From the human T2T-CHM13v2.0 reference genome, Homo sapiens: a stretch of 64,000 bases of DNA. This document shows, one piece after another, positions 1 to 13,630 of the stretch (position 1 is its first letter; the number at the start of each line of letters is the position of its first letter). A model generated the notes under the pieces. The model was not told the DNA's origin. It was given only the letters and a program-made list of their open reading frames with translations, and did not search any database. The position numbers and the translations under genes are program-made. The stretch lies in NCBI RefSeq assembly GCF_009914755.1, contig NC_060930.1. The stretch is one strand, 5' to 3'.

Positions 1-21
1 TCCTAAATCTTGCTAATAGGC

Positions 22-385
22 TGCTATGGACTGAACTGTGCCCTCCCTCAGATTCACATGTTGAAGCCCTAATCCTCAGTGTGGCTGTATTTGGAGATAG
101 GGCCCAGAAGAGGTAATTAAGTTTAAATGAGGTCATGAGTGTGGAACCCTGATGATAAGATTAATGTCCTTATAAAGAGAGACAACTCCCCCACCCCCTG
201 GCCTACCCTGTGCACACAGGAAAGGCCATGTGACAACATAGCCAGAAGTAACCTACAAGCCAGTAAAAGAGCTTTACCAGGCCTTGATCTGGTACTTCTA
301 GCCACCTGAACAGTGAGAAAATAAATTTCTTTTGTTTAAGCCACCCAATATGGTACTTTGTTATGGAAACCCTAACATTAATGCA
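22..385 (+). mobile_element. MLT1A-like MaLR solo LTR
   Basis: Begins TGCTATGGACTGAA, has a typical MLT1A body and ends TAATGCA. Perfect 5-bp TSD TAGGC at 17-21 and 386-390. Confidence 0.9.
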
Positions 386-3299
386 TAGGCCAAATAAATA
401 TTCTGGGAAATAACAGAGTCCTGTGTAGAAATTAGCTTTAGAAACACCCTAAGATATTGTGCATTTTGAAACATTTTGCCAACATGAAGTATTTTCACTA
501 TCTGATTTTTATTTCAAAATTTGCCATCTTAAAAGTTCAAAATGTTTCAATATAGTACCTTCTAGATAATCTGCTCATAAGAACTAGTAAATTTATTATA
601 TAATTCATCAAATCGCTAAGCTTTTTATTCGGAAGGAAGGATTATTGGAGAACTAACCCTTTGGAGGACTGCAAAGGATCAGAGTTGAATCTAGCATAGA
701 AGATTTTTAGCAATGCTTTGGCTGTATCTCCATGGAGTAACCAAACTAAAGAGCCTCTGCATCATTTTTTCCCATCTTTGAGAGCTCAGTGTAAGGAGAT
801 GAGCCATTGAGAGCTCTGAGAATAGATTCAGCCATTCCAAATTCTTGACTGCATGATTTATTTTTCAGACCTCTAGTGATGCTCTTCAATCTTAGGATAA
901 TTGGTATAGTTTTATTTGTTAGCAATCTTTTCTCAGCAGATTTCTTAAGCGTAGTAGGATATGTCTGTCTCTGTCTCCATCTCAACCCCTACATTTACAT
1001 CTGCCTCTAGGTCTGTATCATGTGATAGTGTTCCTTAAATACACTTTCCTGAGAGATGCTGGTGGTGCCTCGCTTTTAAATATGCCACAATCCCCCCTCT
1101 CCATCTATGCCTCACTAAATCTGTTTTCTACTTGATCTATAGTAAATTGAAATCTTGAAATTAAAGTGCAGGTTGGTGACTTGCCACATATTCCAAAAAG
1201 CATCACAGAATCCAGAGAAATCAATGGAGGAATAAAGAAGCATGACCAATTTTGTCTCAAATTTATTCTTTCACAGCTGAACCACTTGCTGATAGGACAG
1301 TTGTTTGATTCTGAGATCCCTCATTTGCTCTATTTTCCAGTTTAGGTATTGCTGATTTGAAATGTACCAGTGTCTCAAGCTCAATGCAGCAAAGATCTGG
1401 AATCCTTCTCTTCTTTGAGGGAAGTGGAGGACCCCTCATGCACTGGCTGTGACCAATCAAGTTTTGCTCGATGCCAAAAAATTAAACACAGTAAGGCCAG
1501 GCCCTGTCAGCAAAGAGTTGATTGCTTTAAATAAGGGAGATTTCCTGAATGTTTAAATTGAAACTTCGACTTTGATTAAAGCAAAGAGAAGTACCAGGAT
1601 GGCTTCCTAACTATTTAGTTCCTAAAATTCCTGTGAGGTCTGGAGATGACAAATTCAATTCTGATGTGCTGTGTTTTACACTCTGCAGACTGTAGTAAAA
1701 GGGAAAACTAATCAAGCTTGGGTTTCCCATGGGCTGAGCTTTAAGATGTTTTCCTATTTAAAGCCATGGAAATATGTTAAAACCCACATAGGCACAGTGA
1801 AGTTTATATAAGGCAAAATCTATGTGACTATGTTTTTGCACAGTGTGCATATTTTGATTTTTCATTATTTTTGGTTTGTTTAATGGCTTATTTTGCTTAA
1901 AATTATATTCCTACAATAGTTTTATAATAAAAGATTGGAAAGAATGGTTTATAAATATATCTATACGTCTATTATACATATACACAATTTATATTGTAAA
2001 GTGGTTATGTTGTCAAGTAGAACACATTCACTTGAATTTAAAATTTTTATTAAAAATAAAAAATAGAAAATTGATGAATGACAGACATAAAAATGCATGG
2101 CTATCTATCCAGACATGCCAAGATACAAACTAAGGATTTATTTTTAGAGCCAGTGCAGTTATCATATAATTAAAAATATTAATTACAATGTAAAAATCAT
2201 CACATGAGAAGAAATGGGAAAGGAGAGTGAATGAATACATATGTCAACTAAACAAACTAGACATTTCATATACAAGCAAGGGATTGAATTTTACATAAAC
2301 CATTGTTTGTAAACAAATGATAATTAAAAGTAGTGCTTTCCATTAGAAGATAGAGCAAGGGACTGTTCATTCTTCTGTTTCATTTTAACCTGGTCATTAG
2401 GCCAGTTTTTCATTAAGTTTTATGCCTATGAAATTATAGTCAAAACCAAAATCTTGTAAGGAAGTTAAAGATGATACATGTGTATGTGTGTGTACATACA
2501 CACTATCATCTATCTGTCTATGTATCTACTTATGTCTGTAGTTTTTTTGGGTTGATGACTACTTGTTTTTAGAACACTAGAAACAAAATGACTATTCACA
2601 TTGAACATTTCATGCTGTAGAAAAATGGAGATTTCTTCATGAATATACACAGGAAATTTATTACACTTAATCTTTGGATCTTTTCTCAAATTTAACACAC
2701 AGTAAACACAATCAAAAGACTAAGTGTCTTTTTGATCCTCACAATATGACACAATTTTATATTTTCACAAGGATTATAATACTCAATTTATGGAGATATA
2801 TTCATTCTTTCAGGTCACATTAACTAAATGATTTTTTCTTATCTCCTGAAAGGGTGTAGCCAAAATATACGTTCACCAGTAGCACTCATGGCTTTCCTTG
2901 TATCTATGTAAGATGATGGAATGAACACATTTAACTGATTTGTCCATACACAACAATTTTACACTTAAATAATCAGTGTTGGGGTCTTCCTCTTTGTGTA
3001 TTAGCTTTGGAAGGGGTGATACTGAGTCAAAATTTAATTCACTAGGGGCTTAATGGAAGTGGCAAAATCAAACTTTGTAGCCTTTGTCTAGAAAACTGGT
3101 TTATTTCTACAATGAAAACTTGACATGGGTTACTTTTTCAAGGTTAAGTCCTTTGAAAATTCAAAGCTTCTTTGATTTTGAACAAGTGACTAAGCTTTTA
3201 AAATTTTATCATATTTTCACTAATAATTCACATAATACAAGAAATCTTGAAGTTTATTTATTGATTTATTATTCATTTATGGTGGCTGATTTATTTTGA

Positions 3300-3440
3300 T
3301 TCTCAAATTTTATAGATGAAGAAATTGAGACTCAGAAACTTGCAATGCATTTTTGGTCCTGCAGGCAGTCAGTGGCAGGCCAGGGACAGTCCTTCACACA
3401 GGTCTTTGGCTTTCTGAACTGAAGTCCATCACTACCCCAC
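3300..3440 (-). mobile_element. MIR fragment
   Basis: ATTTTATAGATGAAGAAATTGAGACTCAGA matches the MIR core in reverse orientation. Boundaries approximate. Confidence 0.65.
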
Positions 3441-3592
3441 CACCTCCCTTCCTATGATTACTCAACATTTGTCATTAAAATCATGCAACATGAGAGAAGA
3501 AAATATCCTAAAACATGAAAATCATGATGAGAAATTCAAAGTTGTTTTGGAAGAGCTTTTATTTTTCATAAAAAGCCTTTATCAACAGTTTA

Positions 3593-3955
<363 letters not shown>

Positions 3956-4763
3956 TCATTTTACATTTTTTTAAAAAAATGTAAAAGTTTTTAAACAAAC
4001 AAAAATAAAAGTTCAGTAATAGAAAAATACAATTTTGACAAAACTTTCCACTATAGTTAAGTATAAAGTTGGCTCTTGTGGTCTTTGAGGAATTCATACT
4101 TGTGTTAGAAGGGAAGTTAAGGACATATTTATGTGAATACCAAATGAGCTGTTTCAGAAACAAATAAACTCTATCTTTTTGAAATGAGAATGTTTGAACA
4201 CACGATTACAGATCTGGTTGGTTTTGATCTTTAGAAGTCCGTTGCATGCTCTCCTTCTGCCAAATTACACCAGAAACTGTTGTTATTGCTGATGAGCAGT
4301 TTGACTACACCACTATAATATAAATGTTAGTTTAAAGCTCCTTATTTTCTTTATGAGCATATTCATTTGGATTGATAGAAAGTGACTGCATTTCACCCAG
4401 AGAACTGGTTGGTGGGAACGGTTTTTGGTTTTGTCCGGTGGCAAATATCTGGAATCAAAAACACTTTCATGATAAAATCATATTAGACTATTAGGTAATT
4501 GGTAGGAAAATGCTGTTGAACATTATTTAATTTCTTGTTAAGTTTAATGGGAGCTTTTGCTCAGATTATAGAATAATGTAAGACTTAAATTGGGTTATCT
4601 TTTCTGTTATCTCAAAAAATGGAGTTTTTACTGTTTTTGCTGTTTGGAGCTTATGTAAATGATACAAAATTTGTCATTTGGTCCTCCAACCCAGAAGGCC
4701 AACACTGATAGTCTTGTTTGGTTTAATAATAGCATCCCTTGCTGTGTTAAGGATTCTGTAGAT

Positions 4764-5083
4764 CTGTGCTGACTAATAAGACAGCCACTAGCCATATGTG
4801 ACTAGTGAGTACCTAAAATTTGACCAGTTTGAATTGAGCTATGTGCTCCAAGTTGAAGATACATCCTGGATTTCAAAGAGTTAGTATGAAAAAAGGAACA
4901 TAAAATGTCTCATCATTTTTGAATATTAATTACATTTTGAGATGACATTTGTATATATTTAATTAAATAAAATATATAGTTAAAACAAATTCCTTTTCCT
5001 TTTTTGCTTTCTTGTAATATGACTACTAGAAAATGAAAAATTACATATATGTCTCACATTGTATATCAATTATAATAGTGCTG
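4764..5083. mobile_element. MER33-like hAT-Charlie MITE
   Basis: CAGCCACTAGCCATATGTGACTA...GACTACTAGAAAATGAAAAATTACATAT follows the MER33 consensus over ~320 bp. Confidence 0.8.
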
Positions 5084-7086
5084 CTGGGTATAGTTATTTC
5101 CATACATAGAATCCATGTCACTCCTTCTGAAGTATATTCTTAGAAAAGCCAAAGTGGAAATGAATCATCTAAATCCCATCCTGATGTATGCATAGGCATC
5201 ACATAGAAGTCAGTGAGCACTCGATCCATACCTCAGAGTTGAAATTTCTCTTAACAGGTTCTGTTATAAACAGAAGAATCATTGAGTTAATTCACAAGCT
5301 GAACTCAGTGGTTGTTTAGTCTTATCTCTTTAAATTTTTCTTAATCTATGAGAATTTTTGTTTAAATTATATATGTTTTTCTCCCCATTTTTCCAAGAAC
5401 AGAACTGGTATAACAGACCACTGTAGGTGATAACAGATTCTCCTGTCCTTGTTCAATATCAGAATTATCATTGCCTTACTTGAAATGGCTGAGAAAGACA
5501 GATGTTAGGGTGATCTAGTTGCAATCTAGCTGCTCCATAAACGGTCTTTTTTTTCTTTTTTCACAAGGTGGAGAAGCACCATCCCAGTATGCCAGTGTCT
5601 GTGTAGTGGGAAACACAAACAAGCTAAGATAAACCTAGAATCAAATAAAAAGAGTGACCCCACCAACCTTGACCTCTCTTTGAACTTGATCGTGAAAAAT
5701 ACAAATAACCACCTAGTTGAATGTGGATGAGATGTTGAGATTTTGTGGGGTCACATCCAGTCTCTTGTTTATCTTTTATCCTTCACTACACTGGCACCAT
5801 GTCAAGTATGCATACATTAGGAGTTTAGGACATTTTTGTTAAATTGAATTGAATCGTTCAGAAATATGAATTAGCTTAATAAAAAAGATGTTTTAGGGAG
5901 ATCATTTGTAATAGAATAAAGAAAAGGAACTAAGAATAGGCACCAAAATGTAAACTTACTTCTAAATTATCTATTTTAACTTTCATGAATATTATGTATT
6001 TAATTTAACCAACTTTAGTTAGAAAAGAAAGAAGAGGTTTTCGTGCTCTTTGAGGTTTGTGTATACCGCTTACCAGAACGCCAGAGCTTCTGTCAGTCAA
6101 TAGCACATGCAAAATTTATCAAGTATGTTGCTTGACATAGAGTTTACTCTGTCATTACTAGCTAACTTGGATCTGCCAGAGAATTTTTCATGGAAGTGTG
6201 TACTGCCAAAAAAGAGGTGTCCCTTGATTGATGGCCACAGCTGACCTAAATACTCAAGGATCACATTGTAATAACCCCTTTATCATATATTAACCACAAA
6301 ACCCAAGTCCAAATAGCTATAAGTGTTTTGTTCAAACCCACAAAACCTAGGAAGGCCAGAGACTGGAAGGATTTTTATCCTTTCCACAACCCAATGACAT
6401 CCCACAGTGTCTGTGTAAGATTGGGTATCTGATTTTCAGCCCGTGAGAACAGACACACTGAAAAGCCCTTGGTATTGAAGGTTCATTCATAACACCAATA
6501 TTTTCTTCTTTTCCTTTGGTTTTGCCTATTTTTTATATCCATTTTAGCTTAAAAACGTGAGGTATAATCATAATATTTTAAGCCATAAAAATAAATATAC
6601 ATACAGTTTACTGGGAATGTAAGCCAGACCAACAATATTTCATAAAAGTGGTTTATATAATTTCATTTCCTATTTTATTTTGGTAAATGCCAATTTGTAA
6701 AGGGAGAAAAAGAAAGTGAGAATGAAAATCTCTATGGTTTTGAAGTACATAGAAGTCAGCAAGATTGACTGTAATGGCTACTCAAGCCTATATGGTCTGC
6801 CATATGTTATTCTAATTTTCTTTGTGGTCTAGACTACAAGCTGCATTGAAAGTACCTAAGGAGTATTAAGAGGGTTTAAAGCAACAAAACCTCAGATTTG
6901 GTTCTTGTATGTTTGAGGGGAAAGACGCTGGTAACTCAATCAATGTGGCCATTGAGAGATTTGAAGTAGATAAATATACATCTTGACTAAGCTCATTTCT
7001 GAGTTTATCTTCTGTTTAGGAAGAAAGGATAAAGATGGTGTATTAGTTCTGGTCTAATAATTGTCAGATAGAAAGCTAGAAATATA

Positions 7087-8077
7087 CAGTCATGTGCTGC
7101 CTAAAGACATTTAGATAAAAAACAAATGACATATATGAAGGTGGTCCCATAAGACTATAATGGAGCTGAAAAATTTCTATTGCCTAGTGACATCATAGCT
7201 GCCATGATGTTGTAGGACAACATACTACTCATGCAAAACTATGGTTAAAAAAAAAACAAGCAAAGCATCATGGATGTACTTCTGAAAAGTGTAACATTTC
7301 CTGCAGATGAGCCCCAGACAGGTGCTTGAGGAGGTCTTATAGAAGAAGGCATTGTTATCACAGGAGAGGACAACTCCATGTATGTTATTGCCCCTGAAGA
7401 CCTTCCAGTAGGACAAAATGTGGAGGTGGAAGACCACAATGTTGTTGATCCCAACCCTGTGTAGGGCTAGGCCAACTTGTGTACATTTTTGTATAACTGT
7501 ACAAAGTGTTTGTGTTTTAAGCATAGTGTTATCACAAAAGTGTCAAAAAGTTTAAAAAATTAAAAAGTTCATAAAGTAAAAAAGTTACAGTAAGCTAAGG
7601 TTGATTTATTATTAAAATATAAAAAATAAATTGAGTATAGTCTAAATGTATCATGTTTATAAACTCCACAGTAGTATATAGCGATGTCCTAGGCTCTCAC
7701 ATTCACTTATTACATATTCACTCACCCAGAGCAACTTTCAGTCCTGCAAGTTCCATTCATGGTAAGTTCCCTACACAGGTGTAACCCTTTTTTATCTTTT
7801 ATGTAATATTTTTGCTGCATCTTTTCTATGTTTAGCTATGTTTAGCTACAAAAATACTTACCATTGTGTTATAGTTGCCTATAGTATTCAGTACAGCAAC
7901 ATCCTGTATGGGCTTGTAGCCTTCGGAGCAATAGGCTATACCATAGAGCTTAGATGTATCGTAGGCCATGCCATCTAGGTTTGTATAAGAAAAGTATACT
8001 CTGATGATCGCATAATGACGAAATCTCCCAGTGACCTTTCTCAGAACGTATACCCACTGTTAAGTGACACATGACTG
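7087..8077. mobile_element. Tigger3b (Golem)-like Tc1/mariner non-autonomous DNA transposon
   Basis: Terminal inverted repeats CAGTCATGTG...CACATGACTG with TA on the left flank. Internal GGTGGTCCCATAAGACTATAATGGAGCTGAAAAATT is typical of Tigger3. Confidence 0.88.
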
Positions 8078-8149
8078 TTTTCATATCCAGGTAAGTAAAT
8101 CATAGACACCTCCATAAACTATTTTTCTCTCATCTGTCTGTCATTAAGG

Positions 8150-8325
8150 TTCTTCCCTCTCTCCCTGCCTTTCTTATTCCTTCCTTCCTTTCTTCCTCCT
8201 TCCTTCCTTCCCTCCATCCCTCACTCCCTCCCTCCCTTCCTTCCTTCTTCTTTCCCTCCCTCCCTCCCTCCCTCCATCCCTCCCTCCCTTCCTCCCTCCA
8301 TCCCTCCCTCCCTTCCTTCCTTCCT
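8150..8325 (+). repeat. Polypyrimidine (CCTT)n/(CCCT)n low-complexity repeat
   Basis: Directly visible ~175-bp C/T tract. Confidence 0.95.
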
Positions 8326-9275
8326 TGAGACAGAGACAGAGAGGACCATAGCTTGAGTCAATTTGAGAGAAGCAGAATTAGAAGATGAAAATACATAGAA
8401 TTCTGAATGCGTGCACTGGGCTAATGTGTTCAGATCTCCTTGGGGGTAAAGCCTATGCTTTGGACATATTATTTTAAAAGGATGAAGCATTCATAACCAG
8501 CTGTGTTTGGCATCACACACTTCTCTGTGTCATTGATGGCACTAAGTAGTGGTTATGCACCTGTATACCATCAAAGACTCTGTCATTATCCTCCACTCCA
8601 TTTTGCTAAGGAACTGCTTTGACGTCGTTACATGCTAAATACACTTTATTTAGAAACTAATAATTTGTATATCCATTTTAGAAGATTAATTGAAGGCATA
8701 TATTTATTAGAATTAGGCCATTAAGAGGAGAGTCTGGCAGATTTGAAGATATTTCTTGTATTTATAGAACTACAGGTGGAGTGCTTGTTTGTTATGCAAT
8801 TATGCAGCAGTTTGTTGGCTATGCTGTAAAGAACCTCTTTTCTTTTTCTTTCCATTACCTACATTTCCCTCCTGGTGTTCCATGGACTACAGATGGCCAG
8901 TTATATGTCCCTGGTCTCTGCTAACTTGCACCTTTGTTGTCACTTATTCCAAGAGAGTCTCATGGCTTGACAAGGCCTGGCCCCTGCTCAAAGGGTGAGA
9001 GAAATAGCCTCATACATGGAAGCTGTGGTTCAATAAAATCCCAGTCTTAATTTACCATCTGATATCTAATTCTCAACCTCAACAATTGCTTAAGTACTCA
9101 GTCGGGTTCAACAAGAAGCTGACCTGCGATCTCAAAATCTTTCTCAAAGTTGAGCTAGATCATGGGAAAAAGCAAAAGACACTTCACAACCTATTCCATT
9201 AGAGGTTAAAAGAAAGAATGCTAAGTTCTGTTTGGCAAATAATCTTGTGGTAAGGTTTGCTCCATTGCCAATTTT

Positions 9276-9617
<342 letters not shown>

Positions 9618-10099
9618 GCCAATTTTTCTTTAAACAATCAAGCATTTAATTTCCAATGATTGATTCAGATGTCTTACCTGGAACAAATGTTAATTAGATG
9701 GGCTATGATTACCATTTTCTCACCCATCATATTTCTTGAACATAGACCTTCCACTGTCTTGCCTAGTAAATAATAAGATTGCAAAATTTGACCTCTACAG
9801 TACTTAGTGTCTATACACAAATTTTGGCACTTGATTGAATTGTTTTCTCTTTTCTTATTAGTTTATGAATGTAAGCCTTGTTTTCCTACTTATGATTACA
9901 AATCTGTCTTTTATATCTTTTTTTTTCCTTAATATCCACAGAAGTGTAACATAGTGCTAAGGGTAGAGGTAAATGCTGGAAAAACTTGTTCAATGTAACT
10001 GAATGGCTCCTTCTGTTTTTGTACATGAAACTGCTCCCGGTCAGTGGGTTTCACCATAGTATGTGATATCTTTGTTGTCATTTTGAAATGTTGGTTCTT

Positions 10100-10367
10100 C
10101 TACTCTTCCATCAAGATTAGCTTACATATTACTTCCTTTGGGAAGATTTCTCTGATCACCCTCCAGACAATTAACCACTCCCTCTGTGCCCCACTGTGTT
10201 TTGTGTATGCTTCGATTTCTGTTGTATACTCCCTTCTCTGCAACTGCCTTATTGTTTGTTGCAGTGTTTGTTTTGGCTACTGGAATGTGATCCTTCGGGA
10301 AGAGGGTCTTCATTATTAGCCTTTCATTTGGCTTAGCACAGTATAGCTGACATTTGTTGAATTGATA
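10100..10367 (+). mobile_element. L2 3' fragment
   Basis: Matches the L2 3' region (TCCTTTGGGAAGATTTCTCTGATCACCC...GCTTAGCACAGT...ATTTGTTGAATTGA). Boundaries approximate. Confidence 0.6.
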
Positions 10368-12511
10368 GATAGACGTGAATCACTAGAATTGCGTCATCTC
10401 GGATAAACTGCTGTTTATGTCTATTGATCTGCTTTTGGTGAAAATTCCAGTAGACTTTAAAGGAAATTCCATATGTTTGATAGTTGAAGGTCTTTTTTGA
10501 ACTTTATAATATTTACTTTATGTCGTGCCTTGGCACTGGTGTCTGTGTATATATACTCTTTCTCCTAATATCCCCATGAAACTTGAGTTCCTCAAATTTC
10601 CCCTGCCTTTGCCTTCCAGCTCCTGATTTCTTCACTTGCCCTTTGGGTTTAAATGTTCCCTTTGTACATTTTTATACTTGATACATTAGCGAGTACATTT
10701 ACTCCAAATTTCACTTTACTTTCTATGCCATCTAGAAGAAACGGGAGAGACCTCTTAAAAGGAGGCAATTTGTAATTCTGGAAGTTGTATGAGTATCTTA
10801 GCTCTTCAGTGTATTTGGAACAGAAGTCTTCGCTGTGAACAAAGAAAAGTATGAGTAAAAACAGAACATATAAAACAAATAAAGTAGGGGTCATAGTCCA
10901 TATATCAAAAAGGTAAACCTCCTCTTACAAAATTATTCTCAGCAGGCCTCCTTTTATAGCTAGTTCACGGAGGTCAATTGATATGTAATTGAATTTTCCA
11001 AAAATATCTTCACATGAGACTTTTCAGTAATGATATATAATAAGATTTGGTCTCACAGTGGTATCTGCAATCCTGAAAAACTATGCAGTGTTTTGAATTT
11101 TTTTGTGGGTTGTATTTTTTTAAAGTAAGTGAATACCTATGTATCAGGGGCCAGATCATGCCTGTGAAAAGGACATTGTTCATATCTCCACCTGCTACAA
11201 GCTGCTATGCCTCCTTGAGGACATCAGGTAGAAGCCCATGTTATTATTCTTGGGGTTAAAATGAAGATGAAGGTAAGGACTGAAAGTCTCTCCAGGCTGG
11301 AGAGAAGGGTGAGATGATAAAGTATAATCTCTGGGCACAAGCATGGTTCTCCCTGGGCATAGTTCCATGGCTGTGTTTGAGGTTTTGTGTTATTCACTTC
11401 TATTAATTTTTTTTTTACAAGTCTCTAGTGTCATTATCTCTGGAGCTCTCAGTTTGGTGATATTTCTTTTTATTTCCTCACATATGTGCTACTACTTGGG
11501 ACAAGATGCATTCTTCTTCAGCCTGAAAAGCTGAAGCCTTCTTGCACACTCCTGAAGACAATAAGGTACTATGGATGATGTCATATTTTCATTCTGCTGA
11601 GAGTGGACTTAAGTTTTCCTCCTAGGTCAGGAATATGTGCCTTGGGTCCCTTCTTTTGGCTTTGGTGGGATGAAAGTGCAGAACCAGTTCCTGCCATATC
11701 AGTGGGTGGAGTTTGCCAAGCAGCAATGATTTTCCCTGTGTGTCCTTCTGGGCAGAATGCCTTAGTTACAGTCATAGATGGCGGCGCACATGGAGAAGCA
11801 GTGCTGAGTGGCCGGAAACCCAAGTGCTCCCTCTATTCCAAATGCATTTTTTTTTTTAGTATACATTGAAAAATTTTTCCACTCACAATCACCTAGTTTT
11901 CCAGTGACTCTAAAACCATGAAAAATAACACAGTGGAGGAAAATCCAGTATCTTCTGGGGCAAAACAGCCTGTTTCTGTAAAACAGCTGTCAGTTTGGTG
12001 AGGAGAGAGATTTCCAAAAAGAAGGGAAATGAGATCAATGGCTAGGTCAACTGAAATTGCTTGGAAGTTGAGGGAAACTGCAAAGAGGCCCTGTGGTCAT
12101 GTGTAAGATGTTTGTTTCCCAATGATGTAGAGAGAGAGGAAACAGGAGAGGGTTGTGTGTCTTCCTCAGTAGTTTGGACTTTGCACCATAAGCCACAAGG
12201 TGCCTTTGAACAATTGCACATGGAAGGTGGCATGTTGGGGTGGAGAGATCGGGAGCTTTGGAAGAAGCTGCTTGAACAGACATCCAAATGTTTTAGTTAT
12301 TAACCGTGTAACCTGAAACCAAAAACATTTTCTTATCTTCATTTTCTTATCTAAAAGGTAGCTATAATGATACTGGTGAGAATTAAATAAATGTATAGAT
12401 GTAAAGCACCTCACCTAGAGCATGGCACCCAAACACAGGCTATGTAAGTTAATGTTTGTCCACAACAAATTCATACAAATGTTGTTAATTCTTCTTTAAT
12501 TAGAAAGTTGG

Positions 12512-12630
12512 GGCCAGGCATAGTGGCTCATGCCTCTGATACCAGCACTTTAGGATGCTAAGGTGGGCAGATTACTTGAGGCCAGGAGTTCAAGACTAGC
12601 CTAGGCATCATAGTAAGACCCCTATCTCTA
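12512..12630 (+). mobile_element. FLAM / Alu left monomer
   Basis: GGCCAGGCATAGTGGCTCATGCC...GAGGCCAGGAGTTCAAGACTAGCC...ACCCCTATCTCTA, with no right arm. Confidence 0.88.
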
Positions 12631-13149
12631 AGGTTGGCTGGGCTGGTTTAATCAAAGGAGGGAAATGGTTAGCTAATTTGTCTCATATGAGACAGGAAAA
12701 TACAGACCAAGAGATAATGGCACTGACCCTCGAATGGCACGCAGAATATTTAACATGCATGTAGAGAATGATATCTGAAACTTACATTGGAAAGCAGAAC
12801 AGCAGATTTTTAAACTTTCTTTTGTTTTGACTAATTTTTTGAGATTCTGAACAAAATGTTCTAAGCAGGTCGGCTGGCTGGCTCATTTGGTTCAGGGAAC
12901 TCAGTGCCTGAGTATTGTAATATTCCCTTCCTTCCGGCCCTATAGCTGGCCCTTGAAAATGACACGGAAGCAGAGATGCATTGATCAGTGGTACCTACCT
13001 CCAGCAGGTATAGACATTCCTGTGCCGGAACAGTCTTGTTTGTGGATAAGATGCTTTGCTTTTAGTCAAAACTTTTGAAATTAACAGATTGTCTATGCAC
13101 TGAAAATCGAGATGCTCAAAAGAACTAGCCGGATAAATTGATCAGCTGA

Positions 13150-13630
13150 AAAAACACAGCCTGGGACTGGGAGAAGCTGCCTTCCAGCTTGAGCTCTGCC
13201 AATATTACACTGTATGAACTTGCATGGATTAGGCCACCTCTGACCCTCAGGTTCCTCATCTATTGAATGGGGAAGTTGACCTGTATTGCTAAAGTCTCTT
13301 TCAGATCAAACTGTGTATTATTGTAAATCTTGATTTGTATTTCTAGGCTCAATATAGCATTATCACTCTGATCCCCAGGCCTATTTTCCAGCTTCTAATC
13401 AATCACTAAGTCCTGTTTAGCATTTCTGTTAAGAACCTGAGCTTTGGAATCAGACGGACTTAGATGCAAATTCTAGCTCAGTGACGCCTTAGCGGGGAAG
13501 TTACTTCATTTTTTTCTACACTTCAATTCCCTCATCTACAGAACAGGTCAACAATAGTATTTATATTATTGAATTAGATAATGCGTGTAAAGCGCTTAGC
13601 ACAAATGCCTACTGTTTAAATAAATAGCTA
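13150..13630 (+). mobile_element. Two adjacent MIR fragments
   Basis: CTCAGGTTCCTCATCTATTGAATGGG, and GCTTTGGAATCAGAC...CCCTCATCTACAGAACAGG...GATAATGCGTGTAAAGCGCTTAGCAC. Confidence 0.7.

Noticed and set aside
8221-8490. ORF with EGGR repeats
   Set aside because: Translation of the (GGGA/GGAA)n simple repeat.
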